A stretch of 32,000 nt of DNA. It comes from Pyrodictium abyssi. GTDB taxonomy: Archaea; Thermoproteota; Thermoprotei_A; Sulfolobales; Pyrodictiaceae. The notes below the pieces were generated by a model, which was not told the DNA's origin, made no database searches, and saw only the letters and a program-made list of their open reading frames with translations. The stretch lies in contig NZ_AP028907.1 of the NCBI RefSeq assembly GCF_036323395.1, forward strand, positions 1,800,001 through 1,832,000, read 5' to 3'. The translations under genes were made by a program, and so were the position numbers. Below, piece by piece: positions 17,876-30,178 of this stretch; within the stretch, counting starts at the first letter, position 1, and each line of letters starts with the position of its first letter.

Positions 17876-18092
17876 AGGCCCGTGTAGCTAAGCCTAACTA
17901 TGGACCTCTAGTTTAGCTTATTGGTCAACCTAAACCACAGCAGCATCGATACCGAGACAGCCGGGTACACTATACCCCGGCCCGCTCAATCACCATGTAT
18001 TTATTTGCTCGGTGCGAGACCCGTCTACTGCACCTAAATGGGCCTCTTGGGGCATAGCGAGCAGGCTTGCATTGGCAGAGGGTTAACGGGGC

Positions 18093-20773
<2,681 letters not shown>

Positions 20774-20777
<4 letters not shown>

Positions 20778-21529
20778 CCCTCTGTTTTCACGCGTACACG
20801 CGCCTCTACAAGCCCCTCATCCGTTATGACGAAGCTGGTCCACCCCTGGGATATGGGTACCCCCTTAGCCTTCTTCACTAGTATCTCTCTGACCGCTACT
20901 CCTGCTTCAAGGGCCTCGCTGTGGTACCTCACTACAGCGAACACATCAACCATATGCTCCAGTATGGCTGCTATCTCGGCGTAGAGCTGGCTCGGCGTAT
21001 GGAGCGTGGCCACCGTGAGTACACCGCGGCGCTTAGCTAGCGAGACACGCAGCACGTTGACGAAGTCGTAGACTACTGTTGGCTCGTAGCGTAGGAAGAA
21101 CGGGTTAAGGCTATCGATTACCACTAAGCCGCTGTTTCTCAGCCCGTTTGCGTCCACAAGCCTCTGTATGGTTGCCACCGCTGCGTGTGTGTCGAGGCTA
21201 GACAGCCTATCCGCTACATAGTCCTCGCTCTCGAGGCCGTATCGGGCCCCATACCCGTCTACGAATACGAGCCGGCCCTCACCAGCGTAGCTGCGCGCGT
21301 CTATACCACGGCTCTCCATGCTCTCCACTATGCTCTCAGGGTCGTCGTCGAGGCAGACGTATACCACTTTCTCGCCACGGCGCAGCATGCTGCCCGCAAT
21401 GAGCTGTACTATGAGCGACTTCCCCGCACCGCCCTCGCCCGCGAAGAGCACGAGGCTTCTACGTGGCAGGCCTCGTGGGAGGAGCTTGTCTAGGAGGGGT
21501 ATGCCTAGGCTTATCCTGTCTCCAGACAA
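20774..21529 (-). CDS. KaiC/RadA-like RecA-superfamily ATPase
   Basis: Walker A GEGGAGKSLIVQLIAG, DDDPESIVESMESRGID, Walker B SGLVVIDSLNPFF. Confidence 0.88.
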
Positions 21530-21638
21530 GGGAGGCTCCGGCCCCAGGAACTATATTAGCCTCTAGGGGAGCTAAAGCCGTACTGTGTCGTAGCAGCGTA
21601 CGAACGCATACCCGGTTCTCCACAATGGGTGACAGCCG

Positions 21639-22307
21639 ATGGAATGGTCTAAGATGCTTGGCCCCTCCTACACCGTTCTACGCGTCCGCCTCGAGCCCGG
21701 GGAGGAGGTCTGGAGCGAGCCCGGCGCTATGATGCTTGTCCGGGGCGAGGTCGAGGTCAGGACTGTGAGCGGTGGAATTGGCCGTGCTCTTCTGCGCAGA
21801 CTTGCTGGTGGTGAGAGCTTCTTCTTCAACGTGTTCCGCGCCAGGAGCCCTGCTGAGGTATGGCTTGTGCCCGGGATACCCGGCGACATAGAGGCTATAG
21901 AGCTGCGGGACGACGAGTGGGTTATACAGGATACAAGCTACCTAGCCCACTACGGCGACGTAGAGGTCTCTGCCGGGTTCCGGGGGCTACGGGGGCTAGT
22001 AGCAGAGGGAGAGATGTTCTGGCTGAAGGCCCGGGGCCGCGGCGTAGCCTGGGTGAACAGCTACGGGGGCATAGTACGCGTAGACGTGGCTCCCGGCGAG
22101 CGGGTTACGGTGGATAACTTCCACTTCGTAGCCATGCCTGCCTCCACGGAGTACAGTGTGAGGAAGCTGGGCAGGCTGAAGACACTGGTATTCGGAGGAG
22201 AAGGCCTTGTCATCGAGGTAGAGGGGCCTACTACACTTTACCTCCAGACTAGAACCCTGCCTCCTCTTGCGAGGCTTCTTGCCAGGTTTCTACCGAGGCA
22301 CGGGTAG
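21639..22307 (+). CDS. AIM24 / TIGR00266 family protein
   Basis: LEPGEEVWSEPGAMMLVRGEVEV, FFNVFRA, GFRGLRGLVAEGEMFWLKARGRGVAWVNSYGGI. Confidence 0.88.
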   Translation: MEWSKMLGPSYTVLRVRLEPGEEVWSEPGAMMLVRGEVEVRTVSGGIGRALLRRLAGGESFFFNVFRARSPAEVWLVPGIPGDIEAIELRDDEWVIQDTSYLAHYGDVEVSAGFRGLRGLVAEGEMFWLKARGRGVAWVNSYGGIVRVDVAPGERVTVDNFHFVAMPASTEYSVRKLGRLKTLVFGGEGLVIEVEGPTTLYLQTRTLPPLARLLARFLPRHG

Positions 22308-23267
22308 AGCCGTGGGAGGCGTATACTTCCAGAGCGATACTGGCGAGGGCTCTGTCTTCCCTGGCCTGTTTTCGCCACGCCGGAGCCTCTCGAGGGCTCT
22401 ACGCAGCGGCTCCGCGTCGAAGCCTATAGTCGTGTGTAGAGCTGCTAGCCCCTTCCACTCGCCGAAGCGGGCTGAGAGCTCGGCTCCTGCGCGGTGCTCT
22501 GGCACCCCGTATGCCTCGGCTGCTAGCTTCTTCAGCCAGCGGTCAAGAGGGAGCGTCAAGTAATCTCTGCACGCTAGGAGCCGGGTCAACGCGTAGGAGT
22601 ATGGCCCTATGCCGTGGACCTCTCGTATAGAGTCCACGCTGCTGCAGTCTAGCTGCTCGACACGCCTCCGAGCCAGCTCCATGACGGTGTGGGCGCGGTA
22701 GCCTAGCCTCGCCTCGCGTAGCACCTCGTAGCTAAGCTTGCTAGGTCTCGGCGTCTCTAGGTACAGCCCGTATGGCGTCCTTAGCCTCCTGGAGGCGAGG
22801 AGGTGTAGCCGGTAGAGCATACTCCAGCCTTGCTTAAAGCTCGCGTTCTGCTGGCATACTGCTATGAGCACTGCGCACCACACGCTACAGCTACGCAGGC
22901 GTAGGCCGGGCATGGTCTCGGCTACGCCGCCCACCAGGGGGTCTCCACGCGCTATGGCGTAGTAGCTGCCTAGATCCTCGTCAACGCCTATACTCCATGC
23001 TATGGCCTTTACATTGTCCTCCCAGCAGCGTTGCCCTCTTTCCGCGAACACCTCGACGTTTATCGTGCCACCGTCCTCGTAGAGCACCGCCACCGAGCCG
23101 TCGCATACCTCCATTTTTACTGTGGAGCCATCGTACATCCATCCGAAGCTATAGACCTTCCCTGTGTCGTGCAGGCTATAGCCTCGGGGCTTTTTCAGCT
23201 CAAACGAGTAGGCCTTCTCTAGCGTAAGGGCTATGCTCTGCACTCTAGCTACTGCACCCTCCCCCAA
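22290..23267 (-). CDS. HhH-GPD superfamily DNA glycosylase (OGG/AlkA-like)
   Basis: VCQQNASFKQGWSMLYRL, HhH REVHGIGPYSYALTRLL followed by YLTLPLDRWLKKLA with the conserved catalytic Asp. Confidence 0.85.
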   Translation of the reverse strand: MGEGAVARVQSIALTLEKAYSFELKKPRGYSLHDTGKVYSFGWMYDGSTVKMEVCDGSVAVLYEDGGTINVEVFAERGQRCWEDNVKAIAWSIGVDEDLGSYYAIARGDPLVGGVAETMPGLRLRSCSVWCAVLIAVCQQNASFKQGWSMLYRLHLLASRRLRTPYGLYLETPRPSKLSYEVLREARLGYRAHTVMELARRRVEQLDCSSVDSIREVHGIGPYSYALTRLLACRDYLTLPLDRWLKKLAAEAYGVPEHRAGAELSARFGEWKGLAALHTTIGFDAEPLRRALERLRRGENRPGKTEPSPVSLWKYTPPTALPVPR

Positions 23268-23360
23268 GCTGTGACAAACATTACGAGAGGCGCGAGATGG
23301 CAGCCGGAGGCATGTACCCGGGGCAGCGGGGCCACTGAGTCTGCTAAAGCAATGTTACTA

Positions 23361-23370
23361 GGTATAAAGC
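23361..23370 (+). promoter_or_regulatory. candidate TATA box
   Basis: 'ggtataaagc' 14-24 nt before the annotated GTG. The short spacing suggests the true start is downstream (for example TTG near 23429). Confidence 0.4.
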
Positions 23371-23383
23371 CGTTGAAGCATAC

Positions 23384-23896
23384 GTGCCCCGACGCGGCGG
23401 ACCAGCCGGCACTAGAGAGGTCGACAAGACGTTGGATAAGGGCATCGTGGTACTAGCGCTGACCGGCCTACTACCAGCATTTGAGCCGAGGTACGCGCTG
23501 CCACTCCTAGCAGCGAAGATAGGCTTCGTGCCTGCATTCGTGGTGGCCGCTGCGGAGGCCATACTGCTGGCGCTAGTACTGCCCTCTATAGCACAACGCG
23601 CGTGGAGCCTACTGCTAGCCTATTCTCGCCGCATCCGCTTCCTAGGACTACTCGTAGCCCGTGTCGAGGCTGCACAGAGGAAGGCACACAGATTGACATC
23701 CAGGTATGGCTTGCCCGGCCTCGCACTGTTCGTAGCAGTCCCGCTTCCCGTCACCGGGATATACACGGGAGCTGTTGTGTCGCTACTCCTCGGCATAGAC
23801 GCGAACAAGGCTAGGGTTGCACTGGCGGCTGGCGGGCTCGCATCGCTCGTGCTGACATCCCCGCTAGCGCTAGGAGCCCAGATAGCCCAGGGCTAG
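23384..23896 (+). CDS. small multidrug export family membrane protein (COG2426-like)
   Basis: LLPAFEPRYALPLLAAKIGFVP, YGLPGLALFVAVPLPVTGIYTGAVVSLLLGI. Start codon uncertain. Confidence 0.82.
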   Translation: MPRRGGPAGTREVDKTLDKGIVVLALTGLLPAFEPRYALPLLAAKIGFVPAFVVAAAEAILLALVLPSIAQRAWSLLLAYSRRIRFLGLLVARVEAAQRKAHRLTSRYGLPGLALFVAVPLPVTGIYTGAVVSLLLGIDANKARVALAAGGLASLVLTSPLALGAQIAQG

Positions 23897-23924
23897 TAGG
23901 AGGGCCGGAGGAGGGTGCAGCGTA

Positions 23925-25124
23925 TTGGCCGGGGAGCCTCTACCCAGCGTCAGGGTGTTCGGCGAGGGGGCGGCCGCTGTCCGGAGAGACGGCGCGCTAA
24001 TGGTGTACCGCAAGTGGGTCGAGGCGCCAAGAGGCCTGCCCCCGGGCAGCCTTGTCGTGGCCGAGGACCCGCGCGGCGAGCTGCTTGGCTGCGGCTTCTA
24101 CGACACAGTAGGCCCGGTGGCACTAAGGCTAGTAGAGCTCGGGGACTGCAGCTTCAGCAGCACCGAGGAGGCCATCTACGCGCTCGTGGAGGCGGCTTAC
24201 CTGGCACGGCGTCGGATAGGCTACGCGGGGGACCCAGAGGCCGGCTACAGGCTGGTGCACAGCGATGGCGACATGATGCCGGGCCTTATAGTGGACGTCT
24301 ACGCCGACCTGGCCGTCTACCAGTCTAGCAGCATAGTCTGGGACGTACACAGCAACACAGTGGCTAAGGCCATCTCCGAGGCTACTGGCGCCCGGCACGT
24401 ATACGAGAAGAGCCTCCAGAGAACACGCCGCGACATCGGCCTACCCCCGCGCGAGGGTGTCCGCATAGGCGACAAGACGAGAGCTGTGATACGCGAGGGC
24501 GAGGCCCGCTTTATAGTGGATGCCCGCGTCGGGCAGAAGACTGGCTTCTTCCTAGACCAGAGGCTTAACCGGCTCGACTTCGGCGAGCTAGCCCGAGGGA
24601 CTGTGCTAGACCTCTTCAGCTACACCGGCGGTTTCGGCGTCCAGGCCCTTGTCAATGGCGCGGAACGCGCCGTATTCGTCGAGGAAGACGAGAAGGCCAT
24701 CAAACTGCTGCGCATGAATCTCGAGCTTAACAGGGTAGAGGACCGGGCAGAGATAGTCCAGTCGAATGTCTGGAGCTTCCTCTCAGAAGCCGTAGCAGAG
24801 GGACGAGAATACGACTCTATTTCCGTCGACCCGCCGGCGTTTATACCGCATCCCGGAGCGTACCAGCGGGGTCTACGGGCCTACGAGAAGCTGTACTTTC
24901 TCTCAGCTAGGCTTGCCACGAGCGGATCTATAATCGTCTTTAGCAGCTGTAGCACTCACCTGGGCCGCGGAGAATTCATGTCTGTTGCCGCGAGGGCGCT
25001 GGCACGGGCCGGTGTAGGCTATAGGCCGCTCGGCGGCGTGAGGGGTATGCCTCCTGATCACCCGGTTAGGCCTTCGTCGCCTCACCTAGAGTACCTCAAA
25101 TCCCTGTTTGTCCTCGTGGTGTAG
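23925..25124 (+). CDS. class I SAM-dependent methyltransferase, RlmI/COG1092 family
   Basis: VGQKTGFFLDQRLNR, VLDLFSYTGGFGVQALVNGA, SVDPPAFI, SCSTHLGRGEF. TTG start. Confidence 0.93.
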   Translation: MAGEPLPSVRVFGEGAAAVRRDGALMVYRKWVEAPRGLPPGSLVVAEDPRGELLGCGFYDTVGPVALRLVELGDCSFSSTEEAIYALVEAAYLARRRIGYAGDPEAGYRLVHSDGDMMPGLIVDVYADLAVYQSSSIVWDVHSNTVAKAISEATGARHVYEKSLQRTRRDIGLPPREGVRIGDKTRAVIREGEARFIVDARVGQKTGFFLDQRLNRLDFGELARGTVLDLFSYTGGFGVQALVNGAERAVFVEEDEKAIKLLRMNLELNRVEDRAEIVQSNVWSFLSEAVAEGREYDSISVDPPAFIPHPGAYQRGLRAYEKLYFLSARLATSGSIIVFSSCSTHLGRGEFMSVAARALARAGVGYRPLGGVRGMPPDHPVRPSSPHLEYLKSLFVLVV

Positions 25125-25159
25125 CGGGCCTCGGCGAGCGCTTGGCCAGTGTAGTGCCG

Positions 25160-25333
25160 CTAGGCTATCTCCTCTAGGCATAGATAACACACGTCTGGGG
25201 CTACGTAGGCGTTGTCATCCACGTCTAGGCCTCCGAGCAGCGCTACAGCGGCAAGCAGTATGAGCGCGCCTGTAGCCGCTATTGCTACGAGCAAGCCACC
25301 GCTCCCACTTACTTCCCACCAAGTACGGGCCAT
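25160..25333 (-). CDS. 57-aa single-span membrane smORF, not in the supplied track
   Basis: Manual translation: MARTWWEVSGSGGLLVAIAATGALILLAAVALLGGLDVDDNAYVAPDVCYLCLEEIA*. ATG start, one clean TM helix, C-terminal CYLC. Confidence 0.45.
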   Translation of the reverse strand: MARTWWEVSGSGGLLVAIAATGALILLAAVALLGGLDVDDNAYVAPDVCYLCLEEIA

Positions 25334-25418
25334 ATATAGTTTGATGCTGGGAGTCCTGTGGACCTAGACACTCTTCTAGTATTCCGGCGCAGCTATCCTA
25401 CGCGGGGGCCTAGGAATC

Positions 25419-26966
25419 GTGCCTATCGCGCTTCCACGAGTAGCAGAAGAGGTCGGCATAGTACTCAGCGGCGCGAGCGCCTCCATGGCGCCGATAGCGC
25501 TCCGCCGTGACCGCGAGCTACGCGTCCTAGAGGAGGACCTCGTCCTCCTGGTTGACCCCCGCCTGGAGAACTACTACATGCTGGGCGTAGTGCGCTGGAT
25601 TACACGGTATGAGCCGTTCCTCCGCCGCAATATACACAACATATACGTCGAGCATCCGGACGCCCTCGACACCGAGGTAGTTATGCCGTTCTCAAACGCG
25701 TACGTCGAGATATACGCCGGCATATGCGACGGAAGCCCGGTCTGCGATGGCGCCCGGGGGCTCGTCAACAACGTCTATGCGCCGACACCAGGCAGCAAGG
25801 TCTTCAAGCTGGTTGATGCAAAGCCCCTCACAGACTACCTAACAGTATCAAGGCCCATAACTATAGGCGTGCACCGGTATAGCAAGTGGCGCCTACCACT
25901 TGACACCGAGTGGCTAAACTACCATGTGGGCGTCTTCGGCGCCACCGGTACGGGGAAGAGCAGGCTAATCCTCCGCATGATGAAGGAGCTGGTGGAGAAG
26001 GGCTATAGCCTGATAGTATTCGACCACAGTGGCGTAGACTACGCGCCCTTCGTCAGCCGGCTCGGCGGCACCGTAGTAAGGGCCTCGGAGATAAGGATAG
26101 AGCCACAAATACTCGCCTCTATAATATCCCGGCTGACCGGGGTCCAGAGTCAGCAGCGCGATGCTGTAGAGATAGCAGCAATGTGCTACGCCATGAGCGT
26201 CTACAGCAGCAACGGTGGAGGAGAGCGGTACAAGAGCGAAGAGTGCAACGAGATACTAGGCCACCGAACTAGGCAGCAAGGCCTAGCCCGGTACACCGGC
26301 GAGAAGCAGCCCAGCGCGCGCGACGAGTTCCTAGAGCTCCTCAAAACCGTGGCTACGAGGCTCAACATGCGCCCGGCTAGTATACTCAAGCTGAGGCTCC
26401 TGACCCGCCTATCTGTTCCCGAGCACGTGTTCGAGGGCCTCAAAGCGCGCAGGCTCGAACCCCTAGACGTGGTGGATACCGCGCTCCGCGAGAGGCTAGT
26501 AGTGGTAGACATGAGCGACGAGCAGGACATAGAAGTTAAGCGTGGCATACTAGCATCGATAGCCAACGCTGCGTGGGAGAAGATAGGCAGGGAGAGGAGC
26601 CCCCTCGGCCTCGGCCTCGTTGTAGACGAGGCGCAGAACTACGCATGCGAGTACTGCGGCGAGGCCGGCCGGGCCCTCGAGACCATAGCCAGGGAGGGCA
26701 GGAAGTGGAAGTACTTCATAATAGTTGCTAGCCAGCGTATAGCACGCGACATAAGGCCTGGTGTCCGGAGCAACCTAGGCACCGTGTTCTTCTCCAAGCT
26801 GCAGTCTACCGGCGACCTACAGGAGCTCGCCGGCTACCTCGACCTCGGCCGGGTGACCGAGGCGAGCCTAGCCATGCTCGGGCGCCGCGAATTCTACGTA
26901 GCAGGCTTGATGAACCCGCTACGCAGACCACTGCTCATGTACATAGATAGCGTCGACGGGGGCTAG
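25419..26966 (+). CDS. HerA-like FtsK/HerA superfamily ATPase (DUF87)
   Basis: YHVGVFGATGTGKSRLILRMMKELVEKGYSLIVFDHSG, LGLVVDEAQNYACEYCGEAGRALETIAREGRKWKYFIIVASQR, IRPGVRSNLGTVFFSKL. Confidence 0.92.
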   Translation: MPIALPRVAEEVGIVLSGASASMAPIALRRDRELRVLEEDLVLLVDPRLENYYMLGVVRWITRYEPFLRRNIHNIYVEHPDALDTEVVMPFSNAYVEIYAGICDGSPVCDGARGLVNNVYAPTPGSKVFKLVDAKPLTDYLTVSRPITIGVHRYSKWRLPLDTEWLNYHVGVFGATGTGKSRLILRMMKELVEKGYSLIVFDHSGVDYAPFVSRLGGTVVRASEIRIEPQILASIISRLTGVQSQQRDAVEIAAMCYAMSVYSSNGGGERYKSEECNEILGHRTRQQGLARYTGEKQPSARDEFLELLKTVATRLNMRPASILKLRLLTRLSVPEHVFEGLKARRLEPLDVVDTALRERLVVVDMSDEQDIEVKRGILASIANAAWEKIGRERSPLGLGLVVDEAQNYACEYCGEAGRALETIAREGRKWKYFIIVASQRIARDIRPGVRSNLGTVFFSKLQSTGDLQELAGYLDLGRVTEASLAMLGRREFYVAGLMNPLRRPLLMYIDSVDGG

Positions 26967-28198
26967 CGCCTGCCGCGGCGGGGCTCGTAGACGTAGCGCT
27001 TCTCAGGGTTCGTGTGGCCGAGTAGCACCAGTGCTCCGGAGCCGCCCAGCGCCTCCAGCATCTCCGCCAGGTGGCCTATTATCCTTCTCCTTAGGAGCTC
27101 GAGCATCCTGGACTCGAGCCGGGTATACTCGTCCACCAGGTCTATGGGGTAGGGGAGCCCCGTAGCTGGGTTCGTAAGCTTATTGAGCATTGATAGTATG
27201 TTCTCCAGGCCCAGCCCACCATAGTCTATTATCTCTACGCGTACCGCCTGCTGGCTCGGATGTGCCAGGGAGGGCTTATAGAACGCCACTGTTACCCGGC
27301 CGTACTCTCTACGGGCCCGGAGCCTCTCCTCCACTATGCCCCTGTACTTCCCGGGCTCAGCGCTCTTCTCCACAGCTATTATCTCGGCGTAGCGGGGGAG
27401 AAGCTCCTCGAAGGAGCCCAGGACGAGGTACTCCCCGCTGCCCAGTAGTAGGCTCATAACCGCCTTATCGTTAAGGCTTAGGCGGCGGCCTAGCCGGGCA
27501 CCCAGGAGCCGGGAGTAGCTCCGCTTAACCACGCCGACGAGTGTTAGGCCTAGGCGCCGGGCTCTCTCGAGCAGCTGGGCCATAGACTCGTCTAGCTTCG
27601 CCAGCAGCCGGCTCCGGGAGACCGCCTTCTGGCTCTTGAAGAGCAGCTGGTACGGCACCAGCTCGCCGTCGAACAGCAGAAGCCGCGCATCCATCGAGCC
27701 CTGCTCGACGTAGCCTAGGACGCGGTGCGCCACAGCCTTCTCGACCAGCTTCGCGTAGACCGGGAGCAGCCGGCGCGTATCCTCGCTGTCCACGAACCGT
27801 GCACGCGCGTACACGTCGTAGGGCCTCACGCCCCGCGTCCGGAGCCCGCCGAACCCCACGTAGCCCGCTACAACGGCCACCAGGTGGCCTCCGACCAGGT
27901 CCATACCACCGTCCAGGGGAAACGTCGAGTCTATCGCCACGCCCGGCAGCGGCTTCGCTGCAGCCAGCCTCCCCCGGGGCAGCCGCTCTAGCGCCTCACG
28001 CAGCCCCTCGACGCCGTAGTACTCCTCGCGGAACCCGAGTATCTTGCCAGCGATCTGCTCGGCAAGCCACTGACTAGTCTCCAGTAGGCTCTGAACCGCC
28101 GGCGTCAGCTCGATCTCTTCCTCCTCCTCGAACACGCCCGGCGCATCGGGCCTATAGCCCGGCTCAAGACCCTCTATGGGCCACGCCATTGCTCCCAC
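26963..28198 (-). CDS. NurA-domain nuclease-like protein
   Basis: AIDSTFPLDGG, ARLLLFDGELVPYQL, and C-terminal GLPYPIDLVDEYTRL; architecture and pairing with HerA-like ATPase fit NurA. Confidence 0.8.
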   Translation of the reverse strand: MGAMAWPIEGLEPGYRPDAPGVFEEEEEIELTPAVQSLLETSQWLAEQIAGKILGFREEYYGVEGLREALERLPRGRLAAAKPLPGVAIDSTFPLDGGMDLVGGHLVAVVAGYVGFGGLRTRGVRPYDVYARARFVDSEDTRRLLPVYAKLVEKAVAHRVLGYVEQGSMDARLLLFDGELVPYQLLFKSQKAVSRSRLLAKLDESMAQLLERARRLGLTLVGVVKRSYSRLLGARLGRRLSLNDKAVMSLLLGSGEYLVLGSFEELLPRYAEIIAVEKSAEPGKYRGIVEERLRARREYGRVTVAFYKPSLAHPSQQAVRVEIIDYGGLGLENILSMLNKLTNPATGLPYPIDLVDEYTRLESRMLELLRRRIIGHLAEMLEALGGSGALVLLGHTNPEKRYVYEPRRGRR

Positions 28199-28314
28199 AC
28201 GTCTCCTACACTAGGTACTAGAACGGTAGTACCTTGAATACCCGCTGAGGCCACGGATGCGGCGGCCGCCCAACGTTAGGCGCTCCCAGGCGACGCCGAG
28301 AGAGTGGTGCGTCA

Positions 28315-29454
28315 ATGAACCGTACAACGCTTCTGGCAGTACTGCAGGTACTACACGTGTCAAGCTGGAGCGCATACTACGTGCTTACCAGGAAGCTCTA
28401 CAACAATAACCCAGAGTTCCTGGTTATGCTTGCTGCCGCCGAGACGTTACCCACTGCTGCCGGTGTTTTAGGCGCCATAATTGCCGAGAAAAGGGGCTAT
28501 CACGCTGCACTCGCAATGGGAGTACTTGAGGGCTTGTTTCTAGCCATGGTAGGCGTATTCATAGACCAGCCTATGATGCTGTGGGCTAACGCGTTACTGG
28601 CGAGCCTCTTCTGGTCGACATCGGGGCCGCAGATCCTCGGCTACGCGATGACTCTATCGGGTGGCAGCGGCACCGTACTAGGCATAGTCCTCGCGGGCAG
28701 CACGCTTGGATGGAGTATTGGAGGCGCACTGGCACCCATAGTCTCAGACGCTATTGGGCCTGGCCGCGTCATGCTCATCGCTGGCATATCTACCATGATA
28801 GTCTACTTGACCCTCATACTATTCTTTAACAATCTGAAGCCGGGCGAAGAGGAGCGAGGGCATAGATGGATACCCATGATACTCGCCACAGTACTGCTTG
28901 CCAGCCTAGTGTTCACGGGAACGGAGATAATAGGCTCACTCTACATGGCCAAGCTCAGCATAGAAGCTGGTAGCAGCACTGGCTATGCAGCTGCTAACAC
29001 TGCTACCGGGTTAATAGCCACAGTTGTTAGACCGGGCGTGGGCTCTATAGTAGACCGTGCCGGGGAAGGCCTAGTACTTGTAGCCGGCCTAGCAGCGTAT
29101 ACCGTGTACACGGCGCTTCTCTCTTCGCTCCACGGCTTAGCATTCATACTAGTCTGGCTATTACCGGTGTACCCGTTTGTAGATACTAGCCTCTACAAGC
29201 TCGCTGCGAGACTCCTCGGCGACGCCATGGGCTCTGCCGCGGTATCGTCAAGCTATAGCGTGACCGGCCTGATACTGCTTGCCGCTGCCCAGATGGAGCT
29301 AGGGGAGAAGGGCTACACCTTGCTCGCCGTAGCAGCATTCCAACTAGCTCTAGTAATCTCTGTGATACTGTCTAGGATAAGCACCCGGCACCCGCCCCGC
29401 GGAAGAGTTTATCTTATTAGCGGGGGCTGCACGCGCAAGCTCGGGGGACGCTAG
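28315..29454 (+). CDS. major facilitator superfamily-like transporter
   Basis: About 10-12 hydrophobic helices, [30 protein letters not shown]. Confidence 0.78.
   Translation: MNRTTLLAVLQVLHVSSWSAYYVLTRKLYNNNPEFLVMLAAAETLPTAAGVLGAIIAEKRGYHAALAMGVLEGLFLAMVGVFIDQPMMLWANALLASLFWSTSGPQILGYAMTLSGGSGTVLGIVLAGSTLGWSIGGALAPIVSDAIGPGRVMLIAGISTMIVYLTLILFFNNLKPGEEERGHRWIPMILATVLLASLVFTGTEIIGSLYMAKLSIEAGSSTGYAAANTATGLIATVVRPGVGSIVDRAGEGLVLVAGLAAYTVYTALLSSLHGLAFILVWLLPVYPFVDTSLYKLAARLLGDAMGSAAVSSSYSVTGLILLAAAQMELGEKGYTLLAVAAFQLALVISVILSRISTRHPPRGRVYLISGGCTRKLGGR
29407..29420 (+). promoter_or_regulatory. candidate TATA box for eL40 inside the upstream gene
   Basis: 'gtttatcttattag' about 40 nt before the eL40 ATG. 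Confidence 0.35.
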
Positions 29455-29455
29455 C

Positions 29456-29629
29456 ATGGCTGGCCCACGCGACCCAGAAGTCATGAAGATAATCTACCAG
29501 CGTGTACTCAACAAAATGGTATGCAGGAAGTGTGGTGCCCTGAATCCGCCTGGGGCTAAGAAGTGCAGGCGCTGTAAGAGTAAGAACCTTAGGCCTAAGC
29601 GCGTGCTAGCTGGCATGAAGAAGGGCTAA
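29456..29629 (+). CDS. rpl40e: 50S ribosomal protein eL40, not in the supplied track
   Basis: Manual translation: [57 protein letters not shown], with the C-x2-C...C-x2-C zinc finger typical of L40e. Confidence 0.95.
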   Translation: MAGPRDPEVMKIIYQRVLNKMVCRKCGALNPPGAKKCRRCKSKNLRPKRVLAGMKKG

Positions 29630-29638
29630 CCCTAGGGT

Positions 29639-30061
29639 CTAGCTGCTCTCCTTCTCTTTCTCGTGGCTCTCTGTTTCTTCCTCTATGCGTGTTCTCTCGA
29701 GCACTCTCCGGGCGCCGTCCACTACGTAGAGTATTGCTTCGCGGAGCTTACGCGCGTCGTCCACGTACTCTCCGGGTAGGTCGTAGACGACTGTTATGAA
29801 GCCCTCGTAGTCCAGCGCGTACTTGTACGTGGTGCTGGTGAAGTTCTCCTCTAGGAGTATGCGTAGGCCCTCCTTGGTGGGCTCAACGTCTAGGGGCGCG
29901 GCTACCCGTAGTACCTGGGTGTCACGGTCGTACATTATGGCTATGCCTATTGGCTCGCCGCGCCGGTCACGGTACTCAACTACTATGCTTCCGTGGGCGC
30001 GGCTGTAGGGTAGGCCGAGGACCCTAACGTATACTTCTACATCAGATATGTCTGATACCAT
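29639..30061 (-). CDS. conserved hypothetical protein
   Basis: 140-aa ORF of alternating beta/alpha character with charged C-terminus, convergent with eL40. Confidence 0.7.
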   Translation of the reverse strand: MVSDISDVEVYVRVLGLPYSRAHGSIVVEYRDRRGEPIGIAIMYDRDTQVLRVAAPLDVEPTKEGLRILLEENFTSTTYKYALDYEGFITVVYDLPGEYVDDARKLREAILYVVDGARRVLERTRIEEETESHEKEKESS

Positions 30062-30178
30062 ACCGTGACACCCTTTGTTGCCCGGAGGCTGCCTCGGAGG
30101 GGCGTATAGGGGTTCTCTCGCCCCCGGGGTATCCGTCGGGCTGCCGGGATAGTTGTGTGTCCCTGTGTTCTGCTGAGT

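Noticed and set aside
22997-23227. Plus-strand ORFs within the glycosylase gene
   Set aside because: Antisense shadow ORFs with compositionally biased translation.
26451-26470. GGCTCGAACCCC, resembling a tRNA T-arm
   Set aside because: It lies in frame in the HerA-like gene, with no acceptor stem, D-arm or anticodon arm around it.
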